64,000 nucleotides of DNA, from positions 192,207 through 256,206 of the forward strand of contig CAZUTA010000002.1 of NCBI GenBank assembly GCA_964622975.1, in the 5' to 3' direction. Below the pieces are notes generated by a model that did no database searches, had not been told where the DNA came from, and was given only the letters and a program-made list of their open reading frames with translations. Below, one piece after another: positions 49,882 to 59,145 of the stretch (positions are counted from its first letter, which is position 1; each line of letters begins with the position of its first letter). The position numbers and the translations under genes were made by a program. The DNA comes from an uncultured Bacteriovoracaceae bacterium (lineage in GTDB: Bacteria; Bdellovibrionota; UBA2394).

Positions 49882-52527
49882 TTACTGATCTCTTAAGTAT
49901 AGATCCGAATCTTTGAGAACGGGAGACTGCGTCGTTGTCGGAGCGGTCCCTTTGATAAAGGCTTCAAAAATAGCGTTCTTGTCCTGTGGCCCTGCCAGAG
50001 TTCCTAACTTTGGATTGATGCGAGCAAACTCAATTGATTCGGGCACCGGAAAGTCCGTCACAGGGTAAGGCTCAAGGGCCTTAGCCATAAAATCGAGCCA
50101 AATAGGAACCGCGGCTCGTGATCCTGTTTCGCCGCGACCAAGAACGCGCAAATCATCGTACCCCACCCAAACTCCTGCGACGAGATCTGGCGTATAACCA
50201 ATAAACCAAGCGTCTTTGTTTTGGTCGGTTGTCCCAGTCTTGCCAGACGCAGGACGATTGAGTTCTTTAGCTCGCTTACCTGTGCCGTAAAGAATGTTTT
50301 CCTTAAGAAGATTTGTGATGAGGAACGAAGCCTCAGTACTCAAAACCTGCCCCGGCTTGAGACGAGTGAGGACTTCTTTCTTAGACTTTTTGGCTGAGTC
50401 TTCTTGCAAAAACGACCCCGTCTCTTTTTCGCCATCCGCATCATCATGAGTAAAGGTGATGGTTGAGAGATCTTTTTTGAGGTCTCCAAGCTCTTGCCGG
50501 ATACTCTCAATCGTTGAGATATCAAAATTCTCAGTCACGTTTTCTTCCAAAATATTTCCATCGCGATCATAGACTCGCTTAATCATGAGCGGATCTTGGC
50601 GGTACCCTCCGGTCGAAAACACAACGTAGGGTTGAAGAACTTCGAGCAGCGACATCACGGAGGAGCCAAGCGCGAGGGTAAAATCTCTTTCGAGGGGGCT
50701 TGTGATTCCCATTCGACGCGAATAGCGAATGATCGTATCGAGACCGACTTCGTTCAAAAGCCGAATCGTTGGAATGTTTCGCGAAGCGAGCAAAGCACTT
50801 CGAATTGTGACATCCCCTAAAAACTTTTGATCATAATTTGCCGGCCGCCATTTTTCTTGGTCGGCAGCGTTTTCAAACGTAATGGGGGTGTCCTGCAAAA
50901 GACTCGCAGGAGTAAATCCAAAATCAAAAGCGGAGGCATAAACCAATGGCTTAAAAGCGCTGCCTGGCTGACGCTTGGCTTGGAGTGCTCGATTGAATTG
51001 CGATCGAGCAAAATCATAACCACCGATCATCGCGCGAACATATCCATTGTGGGTGTCGAGGGAGAGGATCGCTCCTTCCACTTCGGTATGTTGTTCGAGT
51101 TGGGCTTCGTCAGGTTGATCCGCGGATGCGCGAGGGGCGGTGATCGAAAACAAAACCACATCGCCCGTCTTGAGAACGTCCGAAACCTTTCGCACTTCGG
51201 GAATAACAACATCTTCATCTTCTTCGACGGCAATTCGTCGATAAGCCCACTTCATTTCATCGAGCTTGAGGCGAGCAAAACTTCCTGGATCATACTCGAT
51301 GCGGGCCTCGCCTTTGTCGTCCGATACTGAGGTTACGATGCCTTCCAAAACATCTCCTGAGGCAACGCCTTTAGGCGAACGCATCAAAATTCGACCCCGT
51401 CCCTTGGCTTCTTCTGCAGCGACTTCCAGCGCATTATCTTTAGAGGCATCTTCGTCATCTCGAAGTTCGCGATCCTTAAAATATTCGTCCCGGCTCGTGT
51501 TTCGAAGAGGTCCACGATAGCCTTGACGCTTTTCGAGTTCGGAAAGTCCCTTTTTGAGGGCATTTTCTGCGGCTCGGTTTTGATCGAGATTAAGAGTTGT
51601 ATAAACTCTCAATCCATCTCTCAGCACTCGCTCCGCTCCATATTTTTCCATCAAGCGCTGGCGAACATATTCTACAAAATGGGGAGCCACTGTTTTATTG
51701 AACTCTCGAGGTGGCTCAATGAATACATCAGCATTGGCGGCTTCATCGTATTCTTGGCGGCTGATCAAATTGTTTTCGAGCATTTGTTTGAGCACATAGA
51801 GCTGGCGTCGTTTGACCTTCTGGGGATTTCTTCGAGGGGAATAGCGAGAAGGGGCTTGAGGAAGTCCGCCCAAAATCGCGGCTTCTGCAAGACTTACGTC
51901 CTTGAGAGATTTTCCAAAATAATTTTGAGCCGCAGCTGCCACACCATATCCCGCTCCCAAAAAAATGTGATTGAGATACAAATTGAGGATTTCATCTTTG
52001 GTGAGATTGTTTTCGATCTGCCAGGAGAGGATGATTTCTCTAATCTTTCTTTCGAAGGTTCTTTCGGGAGAGAGTAGCAGAGCTCGAGCCACTTGCTGTG
52101 TAATGGTGGAAGCTCCCTGTTTAATTCCCCCCGCCATTATGTTTTTGACGGCGGCTCGCGTCATTCCAATGAAATCGATTCCCTTGTGGTAATAAAACGA
52201 CGCATCTTCGGCCGCGATAAACGCTTGTTTGATGCGAAGCGGTATCTCTTTCTCGACGTAACGCTTTTCTTCGTAAAATTCGCCAATGACCTCTTCCGAA
52301 TCCGAAAATACCAGTGAGACTTCTTTGGGACGGTAGTTTCGTAAACTGTCGAGCGAAGGTAGACCACGATTGAGGTAAATCATGATTACAAATGCTGCAC
52401 ACAAAAACCCGGCGATGATCAGAGCCGAAAAAATTGCCGCAATGCGAATAAAAACTCTCCAGCCTTTGCGGGGCCTTTGAGCGCCTTCACTGAGGGTTTC
52501 TGTTTTATCGTCTTGATCCTGTGACAT
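49882..52527 (-). CDS. mrcA: penicillin-binding protein 1A (bifunctional transglycosylase/transpeptidase)
   Basis: GT51 motifs EDASFYYH and RQGASTITQQ; transpeptidase SAFKP, SRN and KTG(T) motifs; 881 aa. Confidence 0.9.
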   Translation of the reverse strand: MSQDQDDKTETLSEGAQRPRKGWRVFIRIAAIFSALIIAGFLCAAFVIMIYLNRGLPSLDSLRNYRPKEVSLVFSDSEEVIGEFYEEKRYVEKEIPLRIKQAFIAAEDASFYYHKGIDFIGMTRAAVKNIMAGGIKQGASTITQQVARALLLSPERTFERKIREIILSWQIENNLTKDEILNLYLNHIFLGAGYGVAAAAQNYFGKSLKDVSLAEAAILGGLPQAPSRYSPRRNPQKVKRRQLYVLKQMLENNLISRQEYDEAANADVFIEPPREFNKTVAPHFVEYVRQRLMEKYGAERVLRDGLRVYTTLNLDQNRAAENALKKGLSELEKRQGYRGPLRNTSRDEYFKDRELRDDEDASKDNALEVAAEEAKGRGRILMRSPKGVASGDVLEGIVTSVSDDKGEARIEYDPGSFARLKLDEMKWAYRRIAVEEDEDVVIPEVRKVSDVLKTGDVVLFSITAPRASADQPDEAQLEQHTEVEGAILSLDTHNGYVRAMIGGYDFARSQFNRALQAKRQPGSAFKPLVYASAFDFGFTPASLLQDTPITFENAADQEKWRPANYDQKFLGDVTIRSALLASRNIPTIRLLNEVGLDTIIRYSRRMGITSPLERDFTLALGSSVMSLLEVLQPYVVFSTGGYRQDPLMIKRVYDRDGNILEENVTENFDISTIESIRQELGDLKKDLSTITFTHDDADGEKETGSFLQEDSAKKSKKEVLTRLKPGQVLSTEASFLITNLLKENILYGTGKRAKELNRPASGKTGTTDQNKDAWFIGYTPDLVAGVWVGYDDLRVLGRGETGSRAAVPIWLDFMAKALEPYPVTDFPVPESIEFARINPKLGTLAGPQDKNAIFEAFIKGTAPTTTQSPVLKDSDLYLRDQ

Positions 52528-52604
52528 TTTGCGCGAAGCTCTTGATTCGACTCAGTTTTCTATTTTCAGTCTCTTTGCTGTTCCTCCGGGAAATTGTACA
52601 ATGA

Positions 52605-53327
52605 ATGGTGGCAAAGCTCCACCATTCACATGCTGGTTTGCTATTGCTCAGGGAAAAGCGCCATATCATGATCCCATTGACGAAAGATGTCACAAGCGTG
52701 GGCCGAAAAGCGGCCGATATCATTTTGGATGATCCCAAAGTCTCTTCGACTCATTTTGAGATTCATCGTGATGGGGCTCGTTATGTGCTTAAGGATTTGG
52801 GCTCGACGAATGGGACCTTCGTCAATCGAGAGGCAGCGACCTCGAGAGTTTTGGTGGATCAAGATGTGATTGAGTCTGGATCGAGTACGATGTGTTACTT
52901 TGAAGATATCAGGGACTTTCACGGAAGCGTGGACGAGACCACAGCGAGTGTTCGAAATAAGGAAGAGGGAGAGTCTCCGGGTACCGGTAAAACACTAACA
53001 ACCACAAAGACTCTCACGCAGCTCATTGTGCACCTCGAAGTTCTTTCCGGCCCTCAGATGGGCAAGAAGTTTAAATTCAAGAAAACGCATATCACGGTGG
53101 GACGCAACGATACGGATGTCATTTTGGTTGATTTGGATGTCAGCCGCGCACATTGCCTCCTTGAGGTGTTGGGAGCGCAGGCTGTTTTTTTGAGAGATAT
53201 GGGATCGACGAACGGAACATTAGTAAGGGGAAAGCCCATTCAGTCCGAGAAGGTACAATCCGGATCTGAGTTTACGGTGGGAAATACCACCATCCGTGTG
53301 ACTTTTGAAGAAGGGGAGGCGTCATGA
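52605..53327 (+). CDS. tandem-FHA domain protein (two FHA domains)
   Basis: Two copies of the FHA core (GR...S..H..., then GSTNGT[FL]VN/VR); alternative start at ATG 52668. Confidence 0.7.
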   Translation: MVAKLHHSHAGLLLLREKRHIMIPLTKDVTSVGRKAADIILDDPKVSSTHFEIHRDGARYVLKDLGSTNGTFVNREAATSRVLVDQDVIESGSSTMCYFEDIRDFHGSVDETTASVRNKEEGESPGTGKTLTTTKTLTQLIVHLEVLSGPQMGKKFKFKKTHITVGRNDTDVILVDLDVSRAHCLLEVLGAQAVFLRDMGSTNGTLVRGKPIQSEKVQSGSEFTVGNTTIRVTFEEGEAS

Positions 53328-54313
53328 AGCGAAAAGTTTCCCTCACCGTCGTCGAAGGTTCTGATAAAGGCATGACCTTCAACTTGCAATCGGGTTCAGC
53401 GACAATGGGTCGAGCAAAAAATGAGCTTACTCTGACAGACAAAAAGGTTTCTGGAAAACACTGCCGAGTTTTTGTCGAAGGGGACCAGGTCTTTATTGAG
53501 GATCTGAATTCTACCAATGGTACTTTCGTGGGAACTCGAAAAATCACGACCAAGGTGGCCCTCCAAAATCTGGATCAGATCATTATTGGGCTTTCTAAGA
53601 TTTCGGTCGCCATCATTGATGATATGCAAGGCTTTAAGGAACACAATCTCTCCACAGAGACTTCAGGTGTTCATGCAGGACTCGATCTCGAAGATGATCT
53701 TTCGAGTGAAGACGATGCCGCGATTGGTGGTCTCCTCGAAGACTCTGAACACAGTGCCATGACCAAAACTCGCAAGGGCTCACTCTCGACTCCTGCAATG
53801 CCCTCGAGTGTAGACAACGAAGGCACTGTCAAAGCCTCGGGCAAACCAGAGGCTGCTCCGGAGCTTGATTTACCCGCTGAAGATGCAGTTTATCGAGATA
53901 CGGGGATTCAGCGAATCGACAACTTGATTGCGGATGAACTCGACACCTTCTCCAAATGGGACCATCCCTCAGTGAAGAAATCGACATCCAAAGCGGAGCA
54001 GGTTCCGCGAGTAAAAGTCACACTTGAACCTCGCCGCGGTCCTGAAGGGACAGTGCAAGTCATTTGCACAGAGGCCACGACTTCGTTTGGGCGCAAGGAT
54101 GTGGATGTTCGGCTCAGTGATTTGGATGTGTCTCGAAAGCACTGCGCCATCGAGATTGTCGGAGGACGCAGAGTCTTTGTACGCGACCTCGCGAGTACCA
54201 ATGGCACTTTTGTAAACGGCAAAAAGATTTCGTATCAGCAGCTCAATCCTGGGGACTTGCTTCAAGTGGGTCAGACTATTTTTGAGATCGGTATCGATGG
54301 GGGAGAGGGATAA
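53324..54313 (+). CDS. tandem-FHA domain protein (two FHA domains separated by acidic linker)
   Basis: FHA cores at both the N- and C-terminus (NSTNGTFVG; ASTNGTFVNG); start overlaps the previous stop (ATGA). Confidence 0.7.
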   Translation: MKRKVSLTVVEGSDKGMTFNLQSGSATMGRAKNELTLTDKKVSGKHCRVFVEGDQVFIEDLNSTNGTFVGTRKITTKVALQNLDQIIIGLSKISVAIIDDMQGFKEHNLSTETSGVHAGLDLEDDLSSEDDAAIGGLLEDSEHSAMTKTRKGSLSTPAMPSSVDNEGTVKASGKPEAAPELDLPAEDAVYRDTGIQRIDNLIADELDTFSKWDHPSVKKSTSKAEQVPRVKVTLEPRRGPEGTVQVICTEATTSFGRKDVDVRLSDLDVSRKHCAIEIVGGRRVFVRDLASTNGTFVNGKKISYQQLNPGDLLQVGQTIFEIGIDGGEG

Positions 54314-54319
54314 GACCCC

Positions 54320-55336
54320 ATGAAGCCATCCCTCGTCATAGTCAGTGGAGAGCGAGCGATGGAGAGGCTGATTTTGGAGGCTGACAAAGTCTATGTCATC
54401 GGCCGAGATCAAGGTGCCGATGTGTGCCTTCCCGAGAAAAAAGTTTCTCGAAAGCATGCGCTCCTCGTTTGGAGCGGGCAAAATGATTCGATTGTGCTTG
54501 AGGATCTCGGTTCGTTGAATGGCACATTTGTAAACTCAGAAGCAGTCACCGGAAAGATTGCCCTCGCGAATGGCGATCGAATTCAAGTGGGCTCATTTCT
54601 TTTGCAACTTCAGATCACGGAAAACTCCGTCTCCGAAAAACTTTCTAAATCGAGTACGGATCGAAAGCCAAAACACGCTCCCTTAGTCGAAGAAGTGGAT
54701 GCGGGCCCGATCGGAGGGTATCTGAGTCAGATCGAACAGATTCCCTTTGATCAAACAGGGGGGACCGGGGGGCGAATGCTTCAGGGCAAACTGAGCGAGA
54801 TTCCACTCGCCGACTTGCTCCAAATGCTCTCGACGACCAAAAAGACCGGTCTCTTGGTCGTCTCCAAAAAGAAGATCAATGACCGTCCCATCGTCAATCA
54901 AGAGAATCCAGACACAGCGTTTTTGGTCATGCGAAACGGAGATGTCGATTTCGCAGCTTTTGATGGAGTTCAGGGAGAAGACGCTTTCTATGCAATTTTG
55001 GGTTTTAATCAGGGATTTTTTTCGCTCTTTAGTCTTGGGGAGGATGATTCTTCGCCTGTGATCATTACAACGCCGATTGAAGCCCTCCTGATCGAAGGTT
55101 TTCGGCGGATGGATGAGGCAAAGGCTCACAAAACCAAGATTTCTCCGAGCGATGTGCTGGATGTAAGGCCCGATGAGCCTCTTGGCACTCTTTCCGCCGA
55201 TGAATTGACAATCTTTCAATCGATCTGGAAGCACAAAAAGTTTGCCGCCGTCCTCGACAATTCACCTTTCACCGAAGCTCAAACCACCGAAATCGTCAAA
55301 AAACTCCTTCGCGGCGGATTTGTTGTCAAAAACTAA
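54320..55336 (+). CDS. FHA domain + DUF4388 domain protein
   Basis: N-terminal FHA (GSLNGTFVN); C-terminal LSEIPLADLLQMLSTTKKTGLLVV...FAAFDGVQGEDAFYAILGFNQGFFSLF matches DUF4388 as recalled. Confidence 0.7.
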   Translation: MKPSLVIVSGERAMERLILEADKVYVIGRDQGADVCLPEKKVSRKHALLVWSGQNDSIVLEDLGSLNGTFVNSEAVTGKIALANGDRIQVGSFLLQLQITENSVSEKLSKSSTDRKPKHAPLVEEVDAGPIGGYLSQIEQIPFDQTGGTGGRMLQGKLSEIPLADLLQMLSTTKKTGLLVVSKKKINDRPIVNQENPDTAFLVMRNGDVDFAAFDGVQGEDAFYAILGFNQGFFSLFSLGEDDSSPVIITTPIEALLIEGFRRMDEAKAHKTKISPSDVLDVRPDEPLGTLSADELTIFQSIWKHKKFAAVLDNSPFTEAQTTEIVKKLLRGGFVVKN

Positions 55337-55410
55337 ATTGTTGAGAATCTAAGCCCCTTTAGCCACCTTTTCCTTGGCAAGAGTTTAGACTTTCTAGAAC
55401 CTATTCTATG

Positions 55411-55426
55411 GGAGGCTTAAGCCTCC
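55411..55426 (+). terminator. perfect 16-nt palindrome (GGAGGCTTAAGCCTCC) between the FHA operon and the porin gene
   Basis: Seen directly; a 6-bp GC-rich stem with a 4-nt loop; a T-run follows only after a 12-nt spacer, so it is a weak terminator or attenuator. Confidence 0.3.
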
Positions 55427-55470
55427 TTGAGTAAGAATATAAGTATTTTTAAGGAGGATAACTAGTTTCT

Positions 55471-56448
55471 ATGAATGCTACAAAAATTGCGATGATTACA
55501 GCTTTGGCTGGTTTTACATTTACCGCCCAAGCGGCAGACTCACCGGTTAAGCTCGGTGGATTTGTGGATGCTCAAGGGATTTATACAAAGGTAGACCCTG
55601 AGGCCAACAACACCGGAGTCGCTGGATGGGAAATCAACGACGGTGCGATCTATTTGTCATCACAAATGGGTGAAACCAAGTTCATGCTTGATTTACCATT
55701 TGCATATACAGCAACCAGTGCTGCCGGCTCTAACAACAACGACTTTAGTTGGGCTCAAGACAAGGCTCAGGCCTATATGGATTGGAATCAAGGAAACTGG
55801 GGATTTACCCTCGGTCAATTTGATACTCCCTTTGGCTTTGAAGTGAATGACTCGATTGGTAACACCTTTACCAGTCAAGGCTTGCTCTATGCCTCGTCTG
55901 GTACGCCTGTGACTCATACCGGTATCATGGTTCATGCGGATCTTGGTGTGGTCACCGCTAAGGCAATTGTTTCGAACTCCGCTAACCAAGGAAACAAAAA
56001 CGCAGACAATTTTGAGCTCGGCGGACAACTCTCCTATGCTCAAGACAATATGCGCGGAAGCTTTGGTTATGTGTATTTGGATCTCGGCGCAAAAGTTCGT
56101 CACTATGTGAACTTCATGGCCGGAGCTACATTTGACAAAATCGCTGTGGATGCAGAATTCAACATTCTGAAGAACAACACAGTTGCTACTACGGATACTG
56201 GCTACGGATTTTTGTTGAATGGCGTTTTCTCTGCCACCGAAGACATGAACCTCGCTGCCAAATTCGAAATGGGCAAAAAACTGCCTAGCAATTATTCGAC
56301 ATGGCTGATGGCTTTTGGCCCACAGTATGCAGTCAATTCAGCAATGAAGCTGAAAGCTGACTATACTCTGAGCAACGTCGAAGCCACCAATGGCGCGACT
56401 GAGATCAAGACCCATACCGTTGCGGTTGCCGGTCAGTACTCGTTCTAA
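55471..56448 (+). CDS. outer-membrane beta-barrel protein (porin-like)
   Basis: Signal peptide MNATKIAMITALAGFTFTAQA; alternating amphipathic beta-strand pattern rich in Gly/Tyr/Asn; C-terminal ...YSF; strong AAGGAGGA RBS. Confidence 0.55.
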   Translation: MNATKIAMITALAGFTFTAQAADSPVKLGGFVDAQGIYTKVDPEANNTGVAGWEINDGAIYLSSQMGETKFMLDLPFAYTATSAAGSNNNDFSWAQDKAQAYMDWNQGNWGFTLGQFDTPFGFEVNDSIGNTFTSQGLLYASSGTPVTHTGIMVHADLGVVTAKAIVSNSANQGNKNADNFELGGQLSYAQDNMRGSFGYVYLDLGAKVRHYVNFMAGATFDKIAVDAEFNILKNNTVATTDTGYGFLLNGVFSATEDMNLAAKFEMGKKLPSNYSTWLMAFGPQYAVNSAMKLKADYTLSNVEATNGATEIKTHTVAVAGQYSF

Positions 56449-56476
56449 TTATTTTGATTAAAGTCAAAATACCTCA

Positions 56477-56508
56477 AGAGGGGGAGCTACGGCTCTCCCT
56501 CTTTTTTT
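56477..56508 (+). terminator. Rho-independent terminator downstream of the porin gene
   Basis: AGAGGGGGAGC-TACG-GCTCTCCCTCT, an 11-bp stem with one G-U, followed by TTTTTTT; 29 nt after the stop codon. Confidence 0.6.
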
Positions 56509-56527
56509 GTACTTGTTCACTGGCAAT

Positions 56528-57100
56528 TTAACTTTCGCTGCCGGATCGCAGGCGCTGGATGTTTTCTTTGTGTCGATAGACAATCAAAATCATCAATCCC
56601 AAAACCAAAAGAGAGATTTGCAAGTCTGCATAAATAAAAAATGTCGCAGCGGGGATCACCAAGCACGCCGAAAGAGCGCCTAAGGCAGAAACCTTAGAGA
56701 GCCTTACGACGACAAGCCATGTCAGCAATCCTAAGAATGCTGACTTAGGGACCAAGAGAGTGAGTACTCCAAAAGCTGTAGCGACCCCCTTACCGCCTTG
56801 AAATTTGAGATACAGCGGAAAGATATGACCCACAACGGCGGCAAGCCCTACCCAAAGTTGTTGGAGTGGATCGGAGAGCAAAATGAGAGCCAGGCCGACA
56901 GGGATAAGGCCCTTAATCACATCCGCAGCGAGCGTGGCAGCTCCGAGCTTTCGTCCCAAGACACGATTGACGTTGGTGGCTCCAATATTGCCTGATCCAA
57001 AATCCCGAACATCCACATCCGCAAACATTCGACCAAAAAGGAGTCCAAAAGGAACTCCACCCAGCAAGTACGCAAACGCCATGAGTAAAACAAATGTCAT
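56528..57100 (-). CDS. plsY: glycerol-3-phosphate acyltransferase PlsY
   Basis: 190-aa membrane protein with SGNIGATN and KGGKGVAT motifs. Confidence 0.9.
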   Translation of the reverse strand: MTFVLLMAFAYLLGGVPFGLLFGRMFADVDVRDFGSGNIGATNVNRVLGRKLGAATLAADVIKGLIPVGLALILLSDPLQQLWVGLAAVVGHIFPLYLKFQGGKGVATAFGVLTLLVPKSAFLGLLTWLVVVRLSKVSALGALSACLVIPAATFFIYADLQISLLVLGLMILIVYRHKENIQRLRSGSES

Positions 57101-57105
57101 AAAAA

Positions 57106-58476
57106 TTAGAGAGCCCCTGGGGCGACATCCTCAGCTAAGTTTTCAAAGCGAGTATATTCGTTCAAAAAGGCGAGTTTAATGTTTCCAGTGGGGCCGTTTC
57201 GATGCTTCGCCACGATGATTTCGGCGATTCCAGGCGTGTCCGTGTCGGGATGATAAACATCATCTCGATAAAGCATCATAATAATATCCGCGTCTTGTTC
57301 GATGGCGCCTGATTCCCGCAAGTCCGAGAGCACAGGGCGCTTGTCGGTCCGAGATTCGAGCGATCGATTGAGCTGAGAAAGCGCAATCACAGGAATATTG
57401 AGTTCCTTCGCGAGGCCTTTAAGAGCCATCGAGATTTCTGCGATTTCTCGCTCGCGGCTTTCAATCTTTCCTTTGACTCGCATGAGTTGCAAATAGTCGA
57501 TAATCACACAGCCTAAGCCTTTGGTTTTGGCGAGTCGGCGACACTTGGCTCGGACTTCAAAAGGACTCAGGCCCGAAGAATCGTCGATAAAGATGGGAGC
57601 TTCCGAGAGTTGTGCGGCGGCATGAGTGAGTCGGGGCCAATCATCGTCATTGAGATATCCGCCTTTGAGTCGCTGTCCATCAACTCTGGCTTCCATACAA
57701 AGCATCCGCTGTACGAGCTGCTCTTTGGACATTTCGAGCGAAAAGACGGCCGTCGGAGCATGTTCGCGCACGGCCATCTGGCACGCCATGTTTAAGACAA
57801 AAGCTGTTTTACCCATCGATGGCCGAGCCGCCAAAATCACGAGATCCGAAGGCTGAAAACCAGAGGTCAATCGATCGAGACCATAAAATCCCGAAGCCAA
57901 CCCTGTGATGGCAGATTTTTTTTCAAATCTTTCTTGAATCTGCTTGAAGGCATCTTTGACGACTTCCCGAATTGGAGAAACAGTCTCACCCAAGCTTCGC
58001 TGCGAGACATTAAAGATTTCCTTCTCCACTTTGTCGGCAAAGTCCGTGACTTCCAAAGCCCCCTGATGTGCTTCTTCGATCATCGAGGATCCCAGAGTAA
58101 TAAAATCTCGGTAGATTGCTTTTTCGCGAATCATTTTGCCATGAGCGATTGCATTGGCAGAACTTGTGACCGAATCCACGAGCCCTGCGATGTATTGAAT
58201 CCCTCCGGCTTTTTCGAGAAGGCCTTGAGCTTTGAGATAATCAGAAACAGTGAGCAGATCCACAGGACTACCTCGCCGAGAAAGTTCGATGACGGCTGTA
58301 AAAATAGTCTGATGAGAACCCTGGTAAAAATCTTTGTCTTGAACTTGTTCGCGGACAGCATCAACAGCCGCGGGGTCAATCATCATCGCCCCCAAAACAG
58401 CTCGCTCTGCTTCGATCGCTTGAGGCGGAAGCTTTTTCACAGCGCGCTGTAGATCGCTTGATCTCTCGACTTCCAT
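57106..58476 (-). CDS. dnaB: replicative DNA helicase DnaB
   Basis: N-terminal PPQAIEAERAVLG; Walker A AARPSMGKTAF; RecA-like C-terminal domain; 456 aa. Confidence 0.95.
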   Translation of the reverse strand: MEVERSSDLQRAVKKLPPQAIEAERAVLGAMMIDPAAVDAVREQVQDKDFYQGSHQTIFTAVIELSRRGSPVDLLTVSDYLKAQGLLEKAGGIQYIAGLVDSVTSSANAIAHGKMIREKAIYRDFITLGSSMIEEAHQGALEVTDFADKVEKEIFNVSQRSLGETVSPIREVVKDAFKQIQERFEKKSAITGLASGFYGLDRLTSGFQPSDLVILAARPSMGKTAFVLNMACQMAVREHAPTAVFSLEMSKEQLVQRMLCMEARVDGQRLKGGYLNDDDWPRLTHAAAQLSEAPIFIDDSSGLSPFEVRAKCRRLAKTKGLGCVIIDYLQLMRVKGKIESREREIAEISMALKGLAKELNIPVIALSQLNRSLESRTDKRPVLSDLRESGAIEQDADIIMMLYRDDVYHPDTDTPGIAEIIVAKHRNGPTGNIKLAFLNEYTRFENLAEDVAPGAL

Positions 58477-58519
58477 GGAATGACAGTAGTTGCTTTGAGG
58501 AGTGACAGGCTAGAAGAAC

Positions 58520-59068
58520 TTATTCTTCCGAAGCAGTTTCTTCGGTGGCTTCTTCATCCTTTTTCTTGGAGGCAGCAGCCTTCGGTTTCTTAGGGCCCTT
58601 CGCTGCCTTCTTCGTTTCTTTAGCGTCCTGGATGCCCTTCACAATGAGCGAAACATCCGTGAAGACGTCGCCAGGCAAACGGACTTTGATGGCGTAAGTT
58701 CCTTCGGCCTTGATCGTCTCGACTTCGATGTCTCGGCGATCCACCACAATCTCTTTAGCCTGAAGCTCAGTGATAATTTCTGCGGCTGTCAGAGTTCCAA
58801 AGAGTTTGCCGGATTCATTAACACGACGTTGAATCGTGACTTCGGTGCCTTTGATCTTGGCGGCTACTTTTTCGGATTCTTTTTGAATCTTCTTTTTATG
58901 CAAATCCACCAGACGTTTTTGATGGTCCATTTGTCGAACGTTTGAAGCGCTCGCGGCCACAGCCAAATTTCGGGGAATCAAAAAATTCCGAGCATAACCT
59001 TCACGAACTTTGACGAGTTCGCCAATTCGTCCGATTTGAGGGATGTCTTTTTTTAGAATAACTTGCAT
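58520..59068 (-). CDS. rplI: 50S ribosomal protein L9 with Lys/Ala-rich C-terminal extension
   Basis: MQVILKKDIPQIGRIGELVKVREGYARNFLIP signature; about 30 extra basic/acidic residues at the C-terminus. Confidence 0.9.
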   Translation of the reverse strand: MQVILKKDIPQIGRIGELVKVREGYARNFLIPRNLAVAASASNVRQMDHQKRLVDLHKKKIQKESEKVAAKIKGTEVTIQRRVNESGKLFGTLTAAEIITELQAKEIVVDRRDIEVETIKAEGTYAIKVRLPGDVFTDVSLIVKGIQDAKETKKAAKGPKKPKAAASKKKDEEATEETASEE

Positions 59069-59145
59069 ATCAATAACCTCGCTTGTTCTCTTGACCGCCG
59101 ATCAAACCAAAGAAACAGGGCTGCCGCAAGCGCCAAAACCTACAT

